From an uncultured Fibrobacterota bacterium (GTDB lineage: Bacteria > Fibrobacterota > Chitinivibrionia > Chitinivibrionales > FEN-1185), in assembly GCA_963729895.1 (NCBI GenBank), contig CAVSQB010000013.1, positions 1 through 64,000 of the forward strand: DNA of 64,000 nt. The letters run 5' to 3'. This document shows positions 27,211-37,554 of the stretch, piece after piece. A model generated the notes under the pieces. That model made no database searches. It saw nothing but the letters and a program-made list of their open reading frames with translations, and had not been told where the DNA came from. Numbering within the stretch: position 1 is the stretch's first letter; the number at the start of each line of letters is the position of its first letter. Made by a program: the position numbers and the translations under genes.

Positions 27211-27501
27211 TCACTTCTTTCCTTCAAGCTCCCGTATCCTGGCCTCGAGCTTCTTTATATCGGCACGAGTGGGGATGTCAAGCTTTGTGACGGCGGTGTG
27301 CACTGCAGTGTCGACAAGCTTCTCCACGCTTTTTCTGGCCTCCTCGGACTTCTTCAAAAGATCATCGACGAATTTCTTTCCCTCGCCTTCCGCAATCTTG
27401 GCTTCCCGCACGATCTTCTTCGCAGCCACCTCGGCCTTCTCCTTTGTCATGAACGCGAGTCCGACTCCCGCCAGGACCGTCTTCTTGATCAGTTCTACCA
27501 T
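27211..27501 (-). CDS. Phasin-like / PHA granule-associated small protein
   Basis: LAGVGLAFMTKEKAE...PTRADIKKLEARI; typical neighbour of ubiB-like genes. Confidence 0.75.
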   Translation of the reverse strand: MVELIKKTVLAGVGLAFMTKEKAEVAAKKIVREAKIAEGEGKKFVDDLLKKSEEARKSVEKLVDTAVHTAVTKLDIPTRADIKKLEARIRELEGKK

Positions 27502-27555
27502 GGGACCCTCCTTGTGCTGATGTGTTCCAAAGAATTCGTATATGGAAAGAATATA

Positions 27556-29010
27556 TTACGCGTTGTAACTTCCTGAAGAGGTTTGCCCTCCCCGGCCCGT
27601 CCAATCGGTGTGGAAGAAGCGCCCGCGCGGGCTGTCGGTTCTTTCGTAGGTATGCGCTCCGAAGTAGTCACGCTGTGCCTGAAGAAGGTTTGCAGGAAGC
27701 CGGTTGCAACGATAACCATCGTAAAATGCAAGCCCTGCGCTCAGCGCCGGAACGGGGATTCCGGCAAGAGCGGCGGCAGCAACCGTTTTTCTCCAGCCAT
27801 CCTGACATCGCGCAACCGCGTCCCTGAAATATCCGTCGAGAAGGAGTGACGGAAGGCTCTTGTCCCTGTTGAAAGCCTCCTTTATTCTGTCGAGAAACAC
27901 GCTCCGAATAATGCATCCTGCGCGCCACACGAGGGCGATGTTGCCCAGGTCCAGGTTCCACGAATACTCGGCAGCCGCCTGCCGCAGAAGCATGAAGCCC
28001 TGGGTATAGCTGATTATTTTTGAAGCGAACAAGGCGTCCCGCAGGTTTGAAATGCATTCCTGTTTTTCCGCCGGAATCTTCATGTTGGGACCGACAAGCG
28101 CCTTGGAGGCAAGAACGCGCTCGTCCTTAATGGCCGACAAACACCTGCTGAATACCGCTTCGGCAATAAGCGTGACCGGAACGCCCAAATCCAGGGAACT
28201 CACGCTGGCCCACTTTCCGGTCCCCTTCTGGCCCGACACGTCAAGAATCTTGTCAACAAGGAACGATTCGTTTCGGTCGCGGAATTCGAGGATAGTGGCG
28301 GTGATTTCCACCAGGTAACTGTTGAGCTCTCCCCTGTTCCATTCGGCCCAGACCCTGGACATTTCCGCCGGTTCCAGCCCCAGACCGTCGCGCAGAAATT
28401 GGTACGATTCGCCGATCAACTGTAGATCGCCGTATTCGATTCCGTTGTGCGTCATCTTGACAAAATGGCCTGCCCCGTTCTCGCCGATCCAATCGCAGCA
28501 CGGGATTCCATCCGGGGTTTTTGCGCAAATCGATTGAAAAATGGGCTTCACCAGCTGCCATGCCGCTGCGCTGCCGCCCGGCATCAGAGATGGCCCATTC
28601 CGCGCGCCTTCTTCCCCGCCGGAAACGCCGCATCCAACATACAAGAGTCCTGCGGCTTCCACGAGCTTCGCGCGGCGAATTGAGTCTGTAAAGTGTGAGT
28701 TGCCCCCATCAATGATGCAATCGCCGGGTTGAAGAGAGCGAAGCAGAACGTCGGTCAAATCGTCCACCGGGGATCCTGCCTTTACCATGAGCATGATTTT
28801 GCGAGGCCGTTCAAGATAGCCGATCATTTCTTCAAACGAACGGGCGCCTATAATGCTTTTCCCGCGTGCCGGGCCGGAAAGAAACTCGTTTGTTTTTGCC
28901 GCCGTCCTGTTGTGAACAACCACACTGAAGCCGTGGTCAGCCATGTTGAGGGCAAGATTGGCGCCCATCACCGCCAGGCCCGCAACCCCTATGTCGGCAT
29001 GCGTGTTCAT
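27556..29010 (-). CDS. gnd: 6-phosphogluconate dehydrogenase, NADP-dependent, decarboxylating
   Basis: GLAVMGANLALN, GVSGGEEGA, KMTHNGIEY, QAQRDYFGAHTYER. Confidence 0.97.
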   Translation of the reverse strand: MNTHADIGVAGLAVMGANLALNMADHGFSVVVHNRTAAKTNEFLSGPARGKSIIGARSFEEMIGYLERPRKIMLMVKAGSPVDDLTDVLLRSLQPGDCIIDGGNSHFTDSIRRAKLVEAAGLLYVGCGVSGGEEGARNGPSLMPGGSAAAWQLVKPIFQSICAKTPDGIPCCDWIGENGAGHFVKMTHNGIEYGDLQLIGESYQFLRDGLGLEPAEMSRVWAEWNRGELNSYLVEITATILEFRDRNESFLVDKILDVSGQKGTGKWASVSSLDLGVPVTLIAEAVFSRCLSAIKDERVLASKALVGPNMKIPAEKQECISNLRDALFASKIISYTQGFMLLRQAAAEYSWNLDLGNIALVWRAGCIIRSVFLDRIKEAFNRDKSLPSLLLDGYFRDAVARCQDGWRKTVAAAALAGIPVPALSAGLAFYDGYRCNRLPANLLQAQRDYFGAHTYERTDSPRGRFFHTDWTGRGGQTSSGSYNA

Positions 29011-30194
29011 TCTGTCAACCCTCTCTCATTCATTGCCTGTTGTACCTCGGTCACGGAAAATCCAAGGTTCACCAACGCGGCCTTCGCTGAACTGGGAATC
29101 TTCTTAGCTACCGCCACCGCATAGTTTTTGAATTCGAGGCGTTTTGGATAATTGCTCCGCACTGCGCCGAAATACTTGCCGCGCCTTGAAGAATCCAGCA
29201 AAACGATCTTTCGAAACAACGAATCGTCTTTCAAAATAGGGTATGCTTTCAAAACAGCTTCGGCAAGCGTATCCATTTCGCCATTCAGCACGATTTGCCT
29301 GGATTGGTAATTGTCGCGGGCCAGCGGGGGCCGCCATCTTCTTTGCTGGGAGAAGAAAGCGCAGGCAGCCTCATAGATCATTTCGGTACCCCTCACCTTG
29401 CCGTCGTAAGAATAGCCGGCGATGTGCGGCGTGGCAAGATCGCATACCGCAATGGTTTCAGGGGCCGGTTCCGGTTCGTTATTCCATACGTCGAGTACCA
29501 CGCAACCCAGGCTTTTTCTGTCGCTTATGAGCGAGGCTTCGTGGAGAACATCGCCTCGGCTCGTGTTCACGAGGAACGCCCCCTTTTTCATGGACGCAAT
29601 GAATTCGGCGTTCACCATGCGGTACGTTGCGTCCGGGCCCTCGGTGGTAAGCGGCACGTGAATGGTGACAACATCCGACTCCTTGAGAACAGAGGTGAGC
29701 GGCAGATACAGATCGCTGCCCGAAAGAGCTTTCTTGGGCGGATCGTTGAGCAGGCAACGCATTCCCAAGGCGCGGCCTAGAGAAAGTACCCTGGTTCCCA
29801 CGTCGCCAACGCCGACAATTCCGAGCGTTTTGCCCCCAAGTTTTGTGCCTCTCTTTCCCGCACAGTGGAGGAGTGCGGCGACAACGTATTCGGCCACCGA
29901 ATTCGCATTTGATCCCGGTGCATGAGCAAACCCCCTGCGGCTGTCTCTCAGGTATGCGAGATCCACATGGTCGGTGCCGGTTGTTGCGCTTGCCACGAAC
30001 TTGACGGATGTGCCATCGAGAAGATCTCGATTGACAGGCGTAACCGACCGTACCAGGAGCACATCGATGTCTTTGAGCCTGTCCCGGGTTATATCGCACC
30101 CTTCTACGGCAGACACTTCTCCGAACTGGCCAAAAGCCTCCTTACCGAAAAGGATATTCACATCAGCGAGAATTTTCATGAGGTCCCGTGACAC
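29007..30194 (-). CDS. pdxB: Erythronate-4-phosphate dehydrogenase
   Basis: LLVRSVT, ATTGTDH, APGSNANSVAEY, TPHIAGYSYDGKVRGT. Confidence 0.9.
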   Translation of the reverse strand: MSRDLMKILADVNILFGKEAFGQFGEVSAVEGCDITRDRLKDIDVLLVRSVTPVNRDLLDGTSVKFVASATTGTDHVDLAYLRDSRRGFAHAPGSNANSVAEYVVAALLHCAGKRGTKLGGKTLGIVGVGDVGTRVLSLGRALGMRCLLNDPPKKALSGSDLYLPLTSVLKESDVVTIHVPLTTEGPDATYRMVNAEFIASMKKGAFLVNTSRGDVLHEASLISDRKSLGCVVLDVWNNEPEPAPETIAVCDLATPHIAGYSYDGKVRGTEMIYEAACAFFSQQRRWRPPLARDNYQSRQIVLNGEMDTLAEAVLKAYPILKDDSLFRKIVLLDSSRRGKYFGAVRSNYPKRLEFKNYAVAVAKKIPSSAKAALVNLGFSVTEVQQAMNERGLTE

Positions 30195-30363
30195 TGCCCC
30201 TATTCAGGAGGTGCGGAAAAGAGCCGGGGAACAATCTTTTGTAAAAATAAACGATTGTTCCTCTGCGCAAACAGATTTATCCTGAACGCAAAAACATATA
30301 TTTCTGTCGGGCGCGGGTGATGTCCCGGCTGCCCCACACGGCCCTCGCGGACAAACTCACACT

Positions 30364-32124
30364 ATGAATGCAGCACAAACGATGCCAACCACTCCCGCTC
30401 CTTTGTACGATCCAAATAGCCCGTCCTCGCTTGAAAAGTACTCGTCGGCCATCACGTTGTCCGACATGGAAGTTTTTATTTTCCCCGAGCTCCTTTTCGC
30501 GCTTGTGCTTGCCAACATCATGTCTCCTGCACTGTGGAGGTGGAAAGACGATTCCTGGTTTGCCGGCGTTGATGCGCTCAACCAATACCGGAGACTTTTA
30601 CGCGCGAAACAATATATTATCGACAAATTCTCGTTTAACCTCGATCTCGACACCTGGGGCCTCACAACCAAGGAAAAAGAACTTGCGCGGTTTTCTTCGT
30701 TCATAAGCCAGGAAGCGCTTGCACAAAGCAATGCGTTGTTCGGGTATGAAGGCGACAAATACTATTTCAACATCGATATCCGCCGGCACTTCGGGCTCGA
30801 CAAATACACATCGGACGTAATTCCCTATTGGAAGACGGAAACCATTGAAGCCATGGAGGCTTTTCGCCACAAGCAGGGATATTCCGGAGGGGCGGGCGAA
30901 TGCGTGTCGTTGTCAACGCTTTATGCGAGCGCACTGTTCGTGGTGGCGCGCGTTCCCCTCGAACAGATATACCTCATGGCAACGCCCCTTCATTCGCAAA
31001 ACTTCGTTGACATCAATGATGGCATAATTACAAACAACCGGCGGATCGTCACCAGGAACATGTGGTTTAACGGGACCGAACTCAGCGAAAAATCGCGGCG
31101 TGCGCTCTTGCACGAACGCGTTACCGTTGTGGCGCACCACACGGGACACATTCACACGCTTTACGATAAGGCAACCATGTCCCGGCCGGCCTACGCTCAT
31201 TTCAAGGATAAACTATCCAAGTTTCTCACAACAGACATCGATTTCGAAATCCTCGCGAACTTTCTGCGGCAAAACAGCAACCTTCAAAAGTGTTTCCAAA
31301 TCATCCACCACCTTGGAGGCAGGCCTCGTTACATTCAGGCCGAAAAAGTTTATTCGTACGAACATAACAGTAAGTTCAAGGTAAGCGACAACACCAGATC
31401 GCGTCTCCTCCAGGAAATAGACGAGGATGAATTCTATCCCGAGCCGCTTCCGGGTCGCCTGATGCTCCATGAAGTTGAGGATTATTTCAAGTCGAATCAG
31501 ATATCCATCGATCGCGTTTCATCGCTTGACGGCCTTCGCGATCATCTGAGGCACAGTTGTTTCAATACGGAGGAGGTCATGAATGACCTAGTGGCTTTTT
31601 GCCGTATTGTACCCAAGCTTCCTGCAGAAGACAAGACATGGGCCGATCAACGGCCGATTGAGATCGACGTCACCTGGGGACGGGAACGAATCGTTGAGTA
31701 TCTCGAATCAATTCGCTCCGATAATCCCGTTGCCGATCTCGCGTTTGCCGCATTTCGTGACTTAAAACGCAGCCCGTGGAAGCCCTTTCTCAAGGCCGCC
31801 CTCGAACGAAATCCCGTGAGTATTTCCGGCGCATCGAACCTTGACATTCAGGATGCGGCGCTGGCCCTGTCTCGAATGTCCAACGAGTCCATTTACGACG
31901 GAAGTCGCATGGCACAACCGGATGAGGTATGGAACTATGGCCGGGGCGACGGAATGGAAAAAGCGATTTGCCTTCTCAACATCATCCGCAGCAGGCGGCC
32001 GGGCAGGAACTCGCTAATTCGCGGGGACGGAAAGCGGATGCTAGTTTCGGACGGAAACAAAGAATACGAGTTTGAGAGCGTCAAAGGACTTGACCTGCCT
32101 CAAGAGAAAGATTTTGTTTGGTGA
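30364..32124 (+). CDS. Hypothetical protein with transglutaminase/papain-like motifs
   Basis: GECVSLS...HSQNF and a second, degenerate QPDEVWNYGRGDGMEKA motif. Confidence 0.75.
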   Translation: MNAAQTMPTTPAPLYDPNSPSSLEKYSSAITLSDMEVFIFPELLFALVLANIMSPALWRWKDDSWFAGVDALNQYRRLLRAKQYIIDKFSFNLDLDTWGLTTKEKELARFSSFISQEALAQSNALFGYEGDKYYFNIDIRRHFGLDKYTSDVIPYWKTETIEAMEAFRHKQGYSGGAGECVSLSTLYASALFVVARVPLEQIYLMATPLHSQNFVDINDGIITNNRRIVTRNMWFNGTELSEKSRRALLHERVTVVAHHTGHIHTLYDKATMSRPAYAHFKDKLSKFLTTDIDFEILANFLRQNSNLQKCFQIIHHLGGRPRYIQAEKVYSYEHNSKFKVSDNTRSRLLQEIDEDEFYPEPLPGRLMLHEVEDYFKSNQISIDRVSSLDGLRDHLRHSCFNTEEVMNDLVAFCRIVPKLPAEDKTWADQRPIEIDVTWGRERIVEYLESIRSDNPVADLAFAAFRDLKRSPWKPFLKAALERNPVSISGASNLDIQDAALALSRMSNESIYDGSRMAQPDEVWNYGRGDGMEKAICLLNIIRSRRPGRNSLIRGDGKRMLVSDGNKEYEFESVKGLDLPQEKDFVW

Positions 32125-32136
32125 ATGGAGACCGCC

Positions 32137-34422
32137 TCACTTTGCTGCTTTGGAAAGCATTTCCCCCAATTCTTTCTGGTTCTTAACCGCAAGAACCTCT
32201 CTGTTATTGACAAGAGCTTCAATCGGCTCTTTCATGCCAAGTTCCTCGACGTCCTTCCGGTGCTCGGCAAGCAGCGAGGAACTTTTCTCGACCAGCTGCA
32301 CGAATTGGTCAACGTTTATCCCGAGTTTCTTGCAGTCTGTAAACCAGTACGACATGGTGGTGCGTTCGGCAAAAAGCTCCAAGTACCGGTGGAACAATGC
32401 CGGGTACTTGCGCAACATCACAAGCCACCGAAGCGCCTCCTCGCTGCGTAACGATTCTTCCGCCTGTGCGCCGACGCTGTCCGATGCACCGAAGTCAAGC
32501 GGCAGAACCCGGATCCTGGCATTGTTCTTTGCAGCGGCAAGAACGATCCTGATTGCGTCCCTGGTGCCCGGAAATACCGGGTCCGCATAGAGGGTAAACA
32601 ACGGCGCTTCCAGCGTGCGCTTATAAAAATACGACGGCTTCACCATGCCTTTCTTGAATGCAAACTTGTCCCGCGCTGGTACGAGCGCGGGCTCGATGCT
32701 GGGGTAATTAGCCGTTTTGATGACGGCTCTATCGAAGATAAAAAAGGGCAAAAACGAAGGGTCATAATCGGCAAGGAATGCCTTCCCCTTCGCCGAGCCC
32801 ACGCGGACCGTGTCGACAACCACGCCGGGGAATTCGTCGGCAATGCCGGCCAGAACGCTGGTTTCCGGATGAGAAAGCGCGGAATCGGCCACAAGCGCCG
32901 TGAGCGTGAACCGTACCGCGTCTGCATATTCGCACACGGCCTTGGTGCCTTTGCGCGAAACGCATGCTCCGGTCTTGCCGGGCTTCTTGCAGTCCTGATC
33001 GGAAAAACACTCCGGAATCGAATCGCAGTACCTTGAGGCGCCTTCTTTGCTTCTGCACAGAAGTTTTGCAAGCCGCGGTTTCGAAATCTCGCCGGAAAAA
33101 GATGCATTGTTGATCAACAGGGTCGGCGAGGCATTAATGCCCATGCGCATCGACCGGGTATAATGCAACGCAAGTTCGGCGCGTCCTTTCCTGGCAGCCC
33201 ACGCTTTGATCCTGGGCAAATCGAGCCCCAGTGATCGAATGACCGCTTCGGTCTTAACACTCTCCGAAAACGAGCGTGCCTTAAGAAATTCGAGCCACGC
33301 ACCCGGATAAACAGCCTGCACCGACAGCCACAAAAGCTCATCGTCAAGCTCGTCGGCACCATGCAAGGATGACATGGAGCCATCTATGGAAACCGTTCCG
33401 ATAAACCAGACATGCCACTCGACGGCGGGAAACATCGTGACAATGGAAACCAAGTCCCTAAGCGCGGCGCACCCGAATTGGCATTGCGACATGATGTACA
33501 AGTCGAACACAGTCTTCGTGCGGGAACCCTCGCCCTGCGACGGCAGCGTAATCAGATTTTCGACAACCGGATCGTCCGGGATTTCCGGTCCCACGTCAAG
33601 CCAGCCGTTGCGCGTAATCCCGAGCCCTTTGCTGTCCCTGCCGATTTCCGCAAAGGAAAGCGCCTTGCCCTGGAACCCGAACTGCAGCATCACCTGCCCC
33701 TGCGGCGTGATGAATTCCTCGGTAGAGCTTTTTCTGTGCCCGTTTACAACAAGTCCGCATTCCGGAAAGGTGTCGAGCAATTCGCGGCTCAACTCCTCTC
33801 CAAGATGAGCAAGTATGATCTGGAAATCGGATTTTCCCCTGAGCTCCTTCCATATCTTCCGGATCGCGGAAACCGGCTGCTGGACAATAACGGAATCGTC
33901 TCGAGATACCAGGCGTTCCTGCGTTGTCACCCCGGTTATGCCGAGCGAGTACGCGCCTCTCCGGACAATAACATAAGGCGCCGCAAGAGAACGGCCGTCC
34001 GGCAGGAAACAGTTGGCGGAAACGAGCGGAACTCTTGCAGCAGCGGCCTGTGATGCCAGCCAGCGCGTGCCGAATTGAAGATCGTCGTCGCCGATGCACA
34101 CGGCGTCATACTTCATGTATCCCATGGCGCGAAGCGCGGCAAGAGTCCTGAGGGAATCGCCTGCTCTGCCGCGTGTGTACGAATCGTACAAACCCCCGCC
34201 CGAGAAGCCTCCCGCGTCGACAAGAACGATGTCGTCCGAGTCCCGCAACGCGGAAATCAGGCTCGCGCGTTTTGCAAAACCGCCTCCCGGCGACGTCGGA
34301 CAATCGCATGCGTCAAGAGTTGCGTGCGTTTCGCCCGATGCAACAACGGTCACTTTCTTTTGCACCCCTGCAGGAGAAAGGGCGCCGACTAGAATAGTGA
34401 AAAGGACGACCAGACGCTGCAT
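32137..34422 (-). CDS. Secreted 5'-nucleotidase/UshA-like metallophosphoesterase fused to thioredoxin-like and Cys-rich domains
   Basis: ETHATLDACDC...GGFAKRA, VDAGG, YDAVCIG, LAHLG, NGH; YIMSQCQFG...INASPTLLIN; CFSDQDC. Confidence 0.7.
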   Translation of the reverse strand: MQRLVVLFTILVGALSPAGVQKKVTVVASGETHATLDACDCPTSPGGGFAKRASLISALRDSDDIVLVDAGGFSGGGLYDSYTRGRAGDSLRTLAALRAMGYMKYDAVCIGDDDLQFGTRWLASQAAAARVPLVSANCFLPDGRSLAAPYVIVRRGAYSLGITGVTTQERLVSRDDSVIVQQPVSAIRKIWKELRGKSDFQIILAHLGEELSRELLDTFPECGLVVNGHRKSSTEEFITPQGQVMLQFGFQGKALSFAEIGRDSKGLGITRNGWLDVGPEIPDDPVVENLITLPSQGEGSRTKTVFDLYIMSQCQFGCAALRDLVSIVTMFPAVEWHVWFIGTVSIDGSMSSLHGADELDDELLWLSVQAVYPGAWLEFLKARSFSESVKTEAVIRSLGLDLPRIKAWAARKGRAELALHYTRSMRMGINASPTLLINNASFSGEISKPRLAKLLCRSKEGASRYCDSIPECFSDQDCKKPGKTGACVSRKGTKAVCEYADAVRFTLTALVADSALSHPETSVLAGIADEFPGVVVDTVRVGSAKGKAFLADYDPSFLPFFIFDRAVIKTANYPSIEPALVPARDKFAFKKGMVKPSYFYKRTLEAPLFTLYADPVFPGTRDAIRIVLAAAKNNARIRVLPLDFGASDSVGAQAEESLRSEEALRWLVMLRKYPALFHRYLELFAERTTMSYWFTDCKKLGINVDQFVQLVEKSSSLLAEHRKDVEELGMKEPIEALVNNREVLAVKNQKELGEMLSKAAK

Positions 34423-34658
34423 AGCATGTTTTCCGTGGGGAGGTTCCGACGCACTTGAAAATATCGACATACAAAAATAACTCTGCTGCCGGCTCCCATG
34501 CCATCACTATTGAGCCATGTCTTGCCGTGCTCGCGTTGTGTACAGGCTGCGGGCTCCGCCGGTAACTGATTCTCTTGACATTATGACCCGGTAAACTATT
34601 TTATTGCTGTCATGTCCGCTTCGCACATCCGTTCAAATGAACCATAAAAGGAGAGCGT

Positions 34659-36059
34659 ATGCCGATCAAACTGCCCGTAAAAATTCTTCTGAATGACGAT
34701 GAAATCCCCCGCCAATGGTACAACCTGGCTGCCGATCTTCCTTCTCCAATGCAGCCTCCGCTCGGACCGGACGGAAACCCGCTCACACCCGAAGCCCTCG
34801 GCGCGGTATTCCCCATGAACCTTATCGAGCAGGAGGTGAGCCAGGAGCGCTGGATCACTATTCCCGCGGAGATTATCGACATCCTTTACAGATGGCGTCC
34901 CTCGCCCCTCAAACGGGCGGTATACCTCGAACAGGCGCTCGGGACTCCGGCAAAAATCTACTACAAGGACGAAAGCGTTTCCCCTGCCGGAAGCCACAAG
35001 CCGAATACGGCAGTTCCCCAGGTCTGGTACAACAAGCAATTCGGCACAAAGACCATCACGACCGAAACCGGGGCCGGTCAATGGGGCAGCGCACTGGCGT
35101 TTTCCTGCTCCCTGCTCGGGTTGAAGTGCAAAGTATTCATGGTGCGCATCAGTTTCGAGCAGAAGCCGTTCAGAAAGATCATGATGGAAACATGGGGCGG
35201 GAAATGCATCGCAAGCCCGAGTTCCGAAACGGAGGCGGGTAGAAGTTTTCTCAAGAAAGACCCGAACACGCCCGGCAGCCTTGGAATTGCCATCAGTGAA
35301 GCAGTGGAGGCCGCGGTGACCGACAAAACGGGGTCCACCAAGTATTCGCTGGGCAGCGTGCTCAATCATGTGCTTCTGCATCAAACCATTATCGGGCTCG
35401 AAGCGAAGAAACAGCTGCAGAAAGTGGGGATCAAGAAGCCCGACGTGGTGATCGCCTGCGCGGGCGGCGGAAGTAATTTCGGCGGTCTCGCATTCCCGTT
35501 TGTCGCCGACAAGATCGCGGGCGCCGCTATCGACATCATCCCCGTGGAGCCTGCCTCCTGCCCCACCATGACGCGAGGCATTTTCACCTATGATTTCGGT
35601 GATTCCGCCGGCATGACGCCGCTGCTTCCCATGCACACGCTCGGCCACAATTTTATTCCCGAACCCATCCACGCAGGCGGGCTGCGCTACCACGGCATGG
35701 CTCCGCTCGTTTCTCAGGCGATAGTGGAAGGCTTGGTGCGACCGAGGGCCATCAACCAGACCGAGTGCTTCAAGGCGGCCATGAAATGGGCCAACACCGA
35801 GGGAATGATCATCGCCCCGGAAACAAGCCATGCCGTCGCCGCCGTGATTCAGGAGGCGCTCAAGGCAAAAGAGGAAGGCAAAGAAAAGGTCATTCTTTTC
35901 AACTTAAGCGGTCACGGCCACATGGACCTCATGGGCTATTCGAAATTTATGGAAGGCAAACTTTCGGATTGGGAGCTTCCCCAGAAGAATATCGAAGATG
36001 CGGAGAAAGATCTAAAGGAACTGCCGAAAGCGAAGGCCGTGAAAACGGGGAAGTGGTAA
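34659..36059 (+). CDS. trpB2: TrpB2-type (TrpB-like) PLP-dependent enzyme
   Basis: IPRQWYN, GSHKPNTA, TETGAGQWG, GGGSNF, HAGGLRYHG, SGHG; TTGACA-containing promoter at 34575. Confidence 0.93.
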   Translation: MPIKLPVKILLNDDEIPRQWYNLAADLPSPMQPPLGPDGNPLTPEALGAVFPMNLIEQEVSQERWITIPAEIIDILYRWRPSPLKRAVYLEQALGTPAKIYYKDESVSPAGSHKPNTAVPQVWYNKQFGTKTITTETGAGQWGSALAFSCSLLGLKCKVFMVRISFEQKPFRKIMMETWGGKCIASPSSETEAGRSFLKKDPNTPGSLGIAISEAVEAAVTDKTGSTKYSLGSVLNHVLLHQTIIGLEAKKQLQKVGIKKPDVVIACAGGGSNFGGLAFPFVADKIAGAAIDIIPVEPASCPTMTRGIFTYDFGDSAGMTPLLPMHTLGHNFIPEPIHAGGLRYHGMAPLVSQAIVEGLVRPRAINQTECFKAAMKWANTEGMIIAPETSHAVAAVIQEALKAKEEGKEKVILFNLSGHGHMDLMGYSKFMEGKLSDWELPQKNIEDAEKDLKELPKAKAVKTGKW

Positions 36060-36088
36060 GGAAGTAGCAGCTGGTAAGCCGTATGATT

Positions 36089-36128
36089 ACGGAAGAGGCA
36101 ACCGGGCAGAGCCGGTTGCCTCTTCCGT
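36089..36128. terminator. Hairpin between convergent trpB2 and ugd
   Basis: Perfect 17-bp stem ACGGAAGAGGCAACCGG / CCGGTTGCCTCTTCCGT. Confidence 0.75.
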
Positions 36129-36141
36129 CTTGTTAAGCAGA

Positions 36142-37527
36142 CTAATAATGCGTGAGCGGCCTCTTCCCCACCGGAAATACACTGAACCCAATCTCATGCA
36201 GCCGCCGGTGGTCCAGCACGTTGCGTCCGTCAAATATAAACGCAGGCTTCTCCATAGATTTGAATATCCGCTGGTAATCGAGTTTCTTGTATTCTTCCCA
36301 TTCCGTGCACACCGCAATGGCGTGGGCTCCCCTTACCGCAATGTACGGATCGCGTTCGTATTCGATTTCGCCTTTGCAATCCGCAAGATCGATCTTGGCA
36401 TTTGCCAGCGCCTTGGGATCGCTGATCACCACATGGGCCTGTTCTTCCAAGAGCTTTTTAGTAACGTAGATGGCGGGTGATTCGCGGGTATCGCCGGTGT
36501 TTGCTTTGAACGCAAACCCGAGCACGGCGATGCGTTTCTTGGCAATGGTATTAAACATTGCATGAATCATACCTCTCACAAAACGCGTCATCTGATAATC
36601 GTTGATTTTGACGACGTATTCCCAGTAATGGGCGACTTCGGAGAGGCCGTAATGCTCGCACAAGTAAACCAGATTCAGAATGTCCTTCTTAAAGCATGAC
36701 CCGCCGAACCCAACGCTTGCACTCAGGAACTTGGAGCCGATACGGCTATCCTCGCCAATTGCATAGCCAACCTCGGCCACGTCTGCCTCGGTCTTCTCGC
36801 ACAGCGCCGACATACTGTTGATGGAAGATATCCGTTGAGCAAGGAAAGCATTGGCGGCAAGTTTTGAAAGCTCTGCGCTCCACACGTTGCTCGTAATAAT
36901 ATTCTTTCTGTCAACCCAGTGGGCGTAGAGGTCAACCAGTTCTTTTCTGGCTGCAAGCCCTGTTGGAGTCTCCTGGGTTCCGATTAGCACACGATCCGGA
37001 TCCAGGAGGTCTTTCACCGCACTCCCTTCAGCGAGGAATTCCGGGTTAGACGCCACTTCAAAATGGATGCCCTTGTTGTTCGCATTGAGAATTCGCTCCA
37101 TCGCGTGTGCGGTGCGAACCGGAAGCGTGCTTTTCTCCACGATGATCTTGTCGGACTGCGACGCCTTGACAATGTTTCTCGCAGTTTTCTCCCAGTACTG
37201 GAGATCCGGGGCCTTGCCCGCTCCTTCGCCGAAAGTCTTGGTAGGGGTATTGACCGAAACGAACAGGATGTCGGCCGTGCGGATTGCCGCGTCGATGTCG
37301 GTGGAAAAGAACAGGTTCCTGCCGCGGGCCTTCTTCACCATGTCGAGCAAGCCGGGTTCGTAGATTGGGAGGTCGTCGCTCTCCCACGCGGCGACACGCG
37401 AAGCATTGACGTCCACGACGGCTACCTTGATATCAGGACACTTCGCCGCAATCACCGCCATAGTGGGCCCGCCAACATAGCCGGCGCCAATGCAGGTAAC
37501 GTGTTTCCTAAATGTCTTTCTTGCCAT
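36142..37527 (-). CDS. ugd: UDP-glucose 6-dehydrogenase
   Basis: [51 protein letters not shown]. Confidence 0.95.
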   Translation of the reverse strand: MARKTFRKHVTCIGAGYVGGPTMAVIAAKCPDIKVAVVDVNASRVAAWESDDLPIYEPGLLDMVKKARGRNLFFSTDIDAAIRTADILFVSVNTPTKTFGEGAGKAPDLQYWEKTARNIVKASQSDKIIVEKSTLPVRTAHAMERILNANNKGIHFEVASNPEFLAEGSAVKDLLDPDRVLIGTQETPTGLAARKELVDLYAHWVDRKNIITSNVWSAELSKLAANAFLAQRISSINSMSALCEKTEADVAEVGYAIGEDSRIGSKFLSASVGFGGSCFKKDILNLVYLCEHYGLSEVAHYWEYVVKINDYQMTRFVRGMIHAMFNTIAKKRIAVLGFAFKANTGDTRESPAIYVTKKLLEEQAHVVISDPKALANAKIDLADCKGEIEYERDPYIAVRGAHAIAVCTEWEEYKKLDYQRIFKSMEKPAFIFDGRNVLDHRRLHEIGFSVFPVGKRPLTHY

Positions 37528-37554
37528 GTGCGAATCTCCCTCTGAAGTGGCAGC

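Noticed and set aside
34596..35831. 411-aa minus-strand ORF
   Set aside because: Antisense shadow of trpB2, typical of GC-rich codon usage
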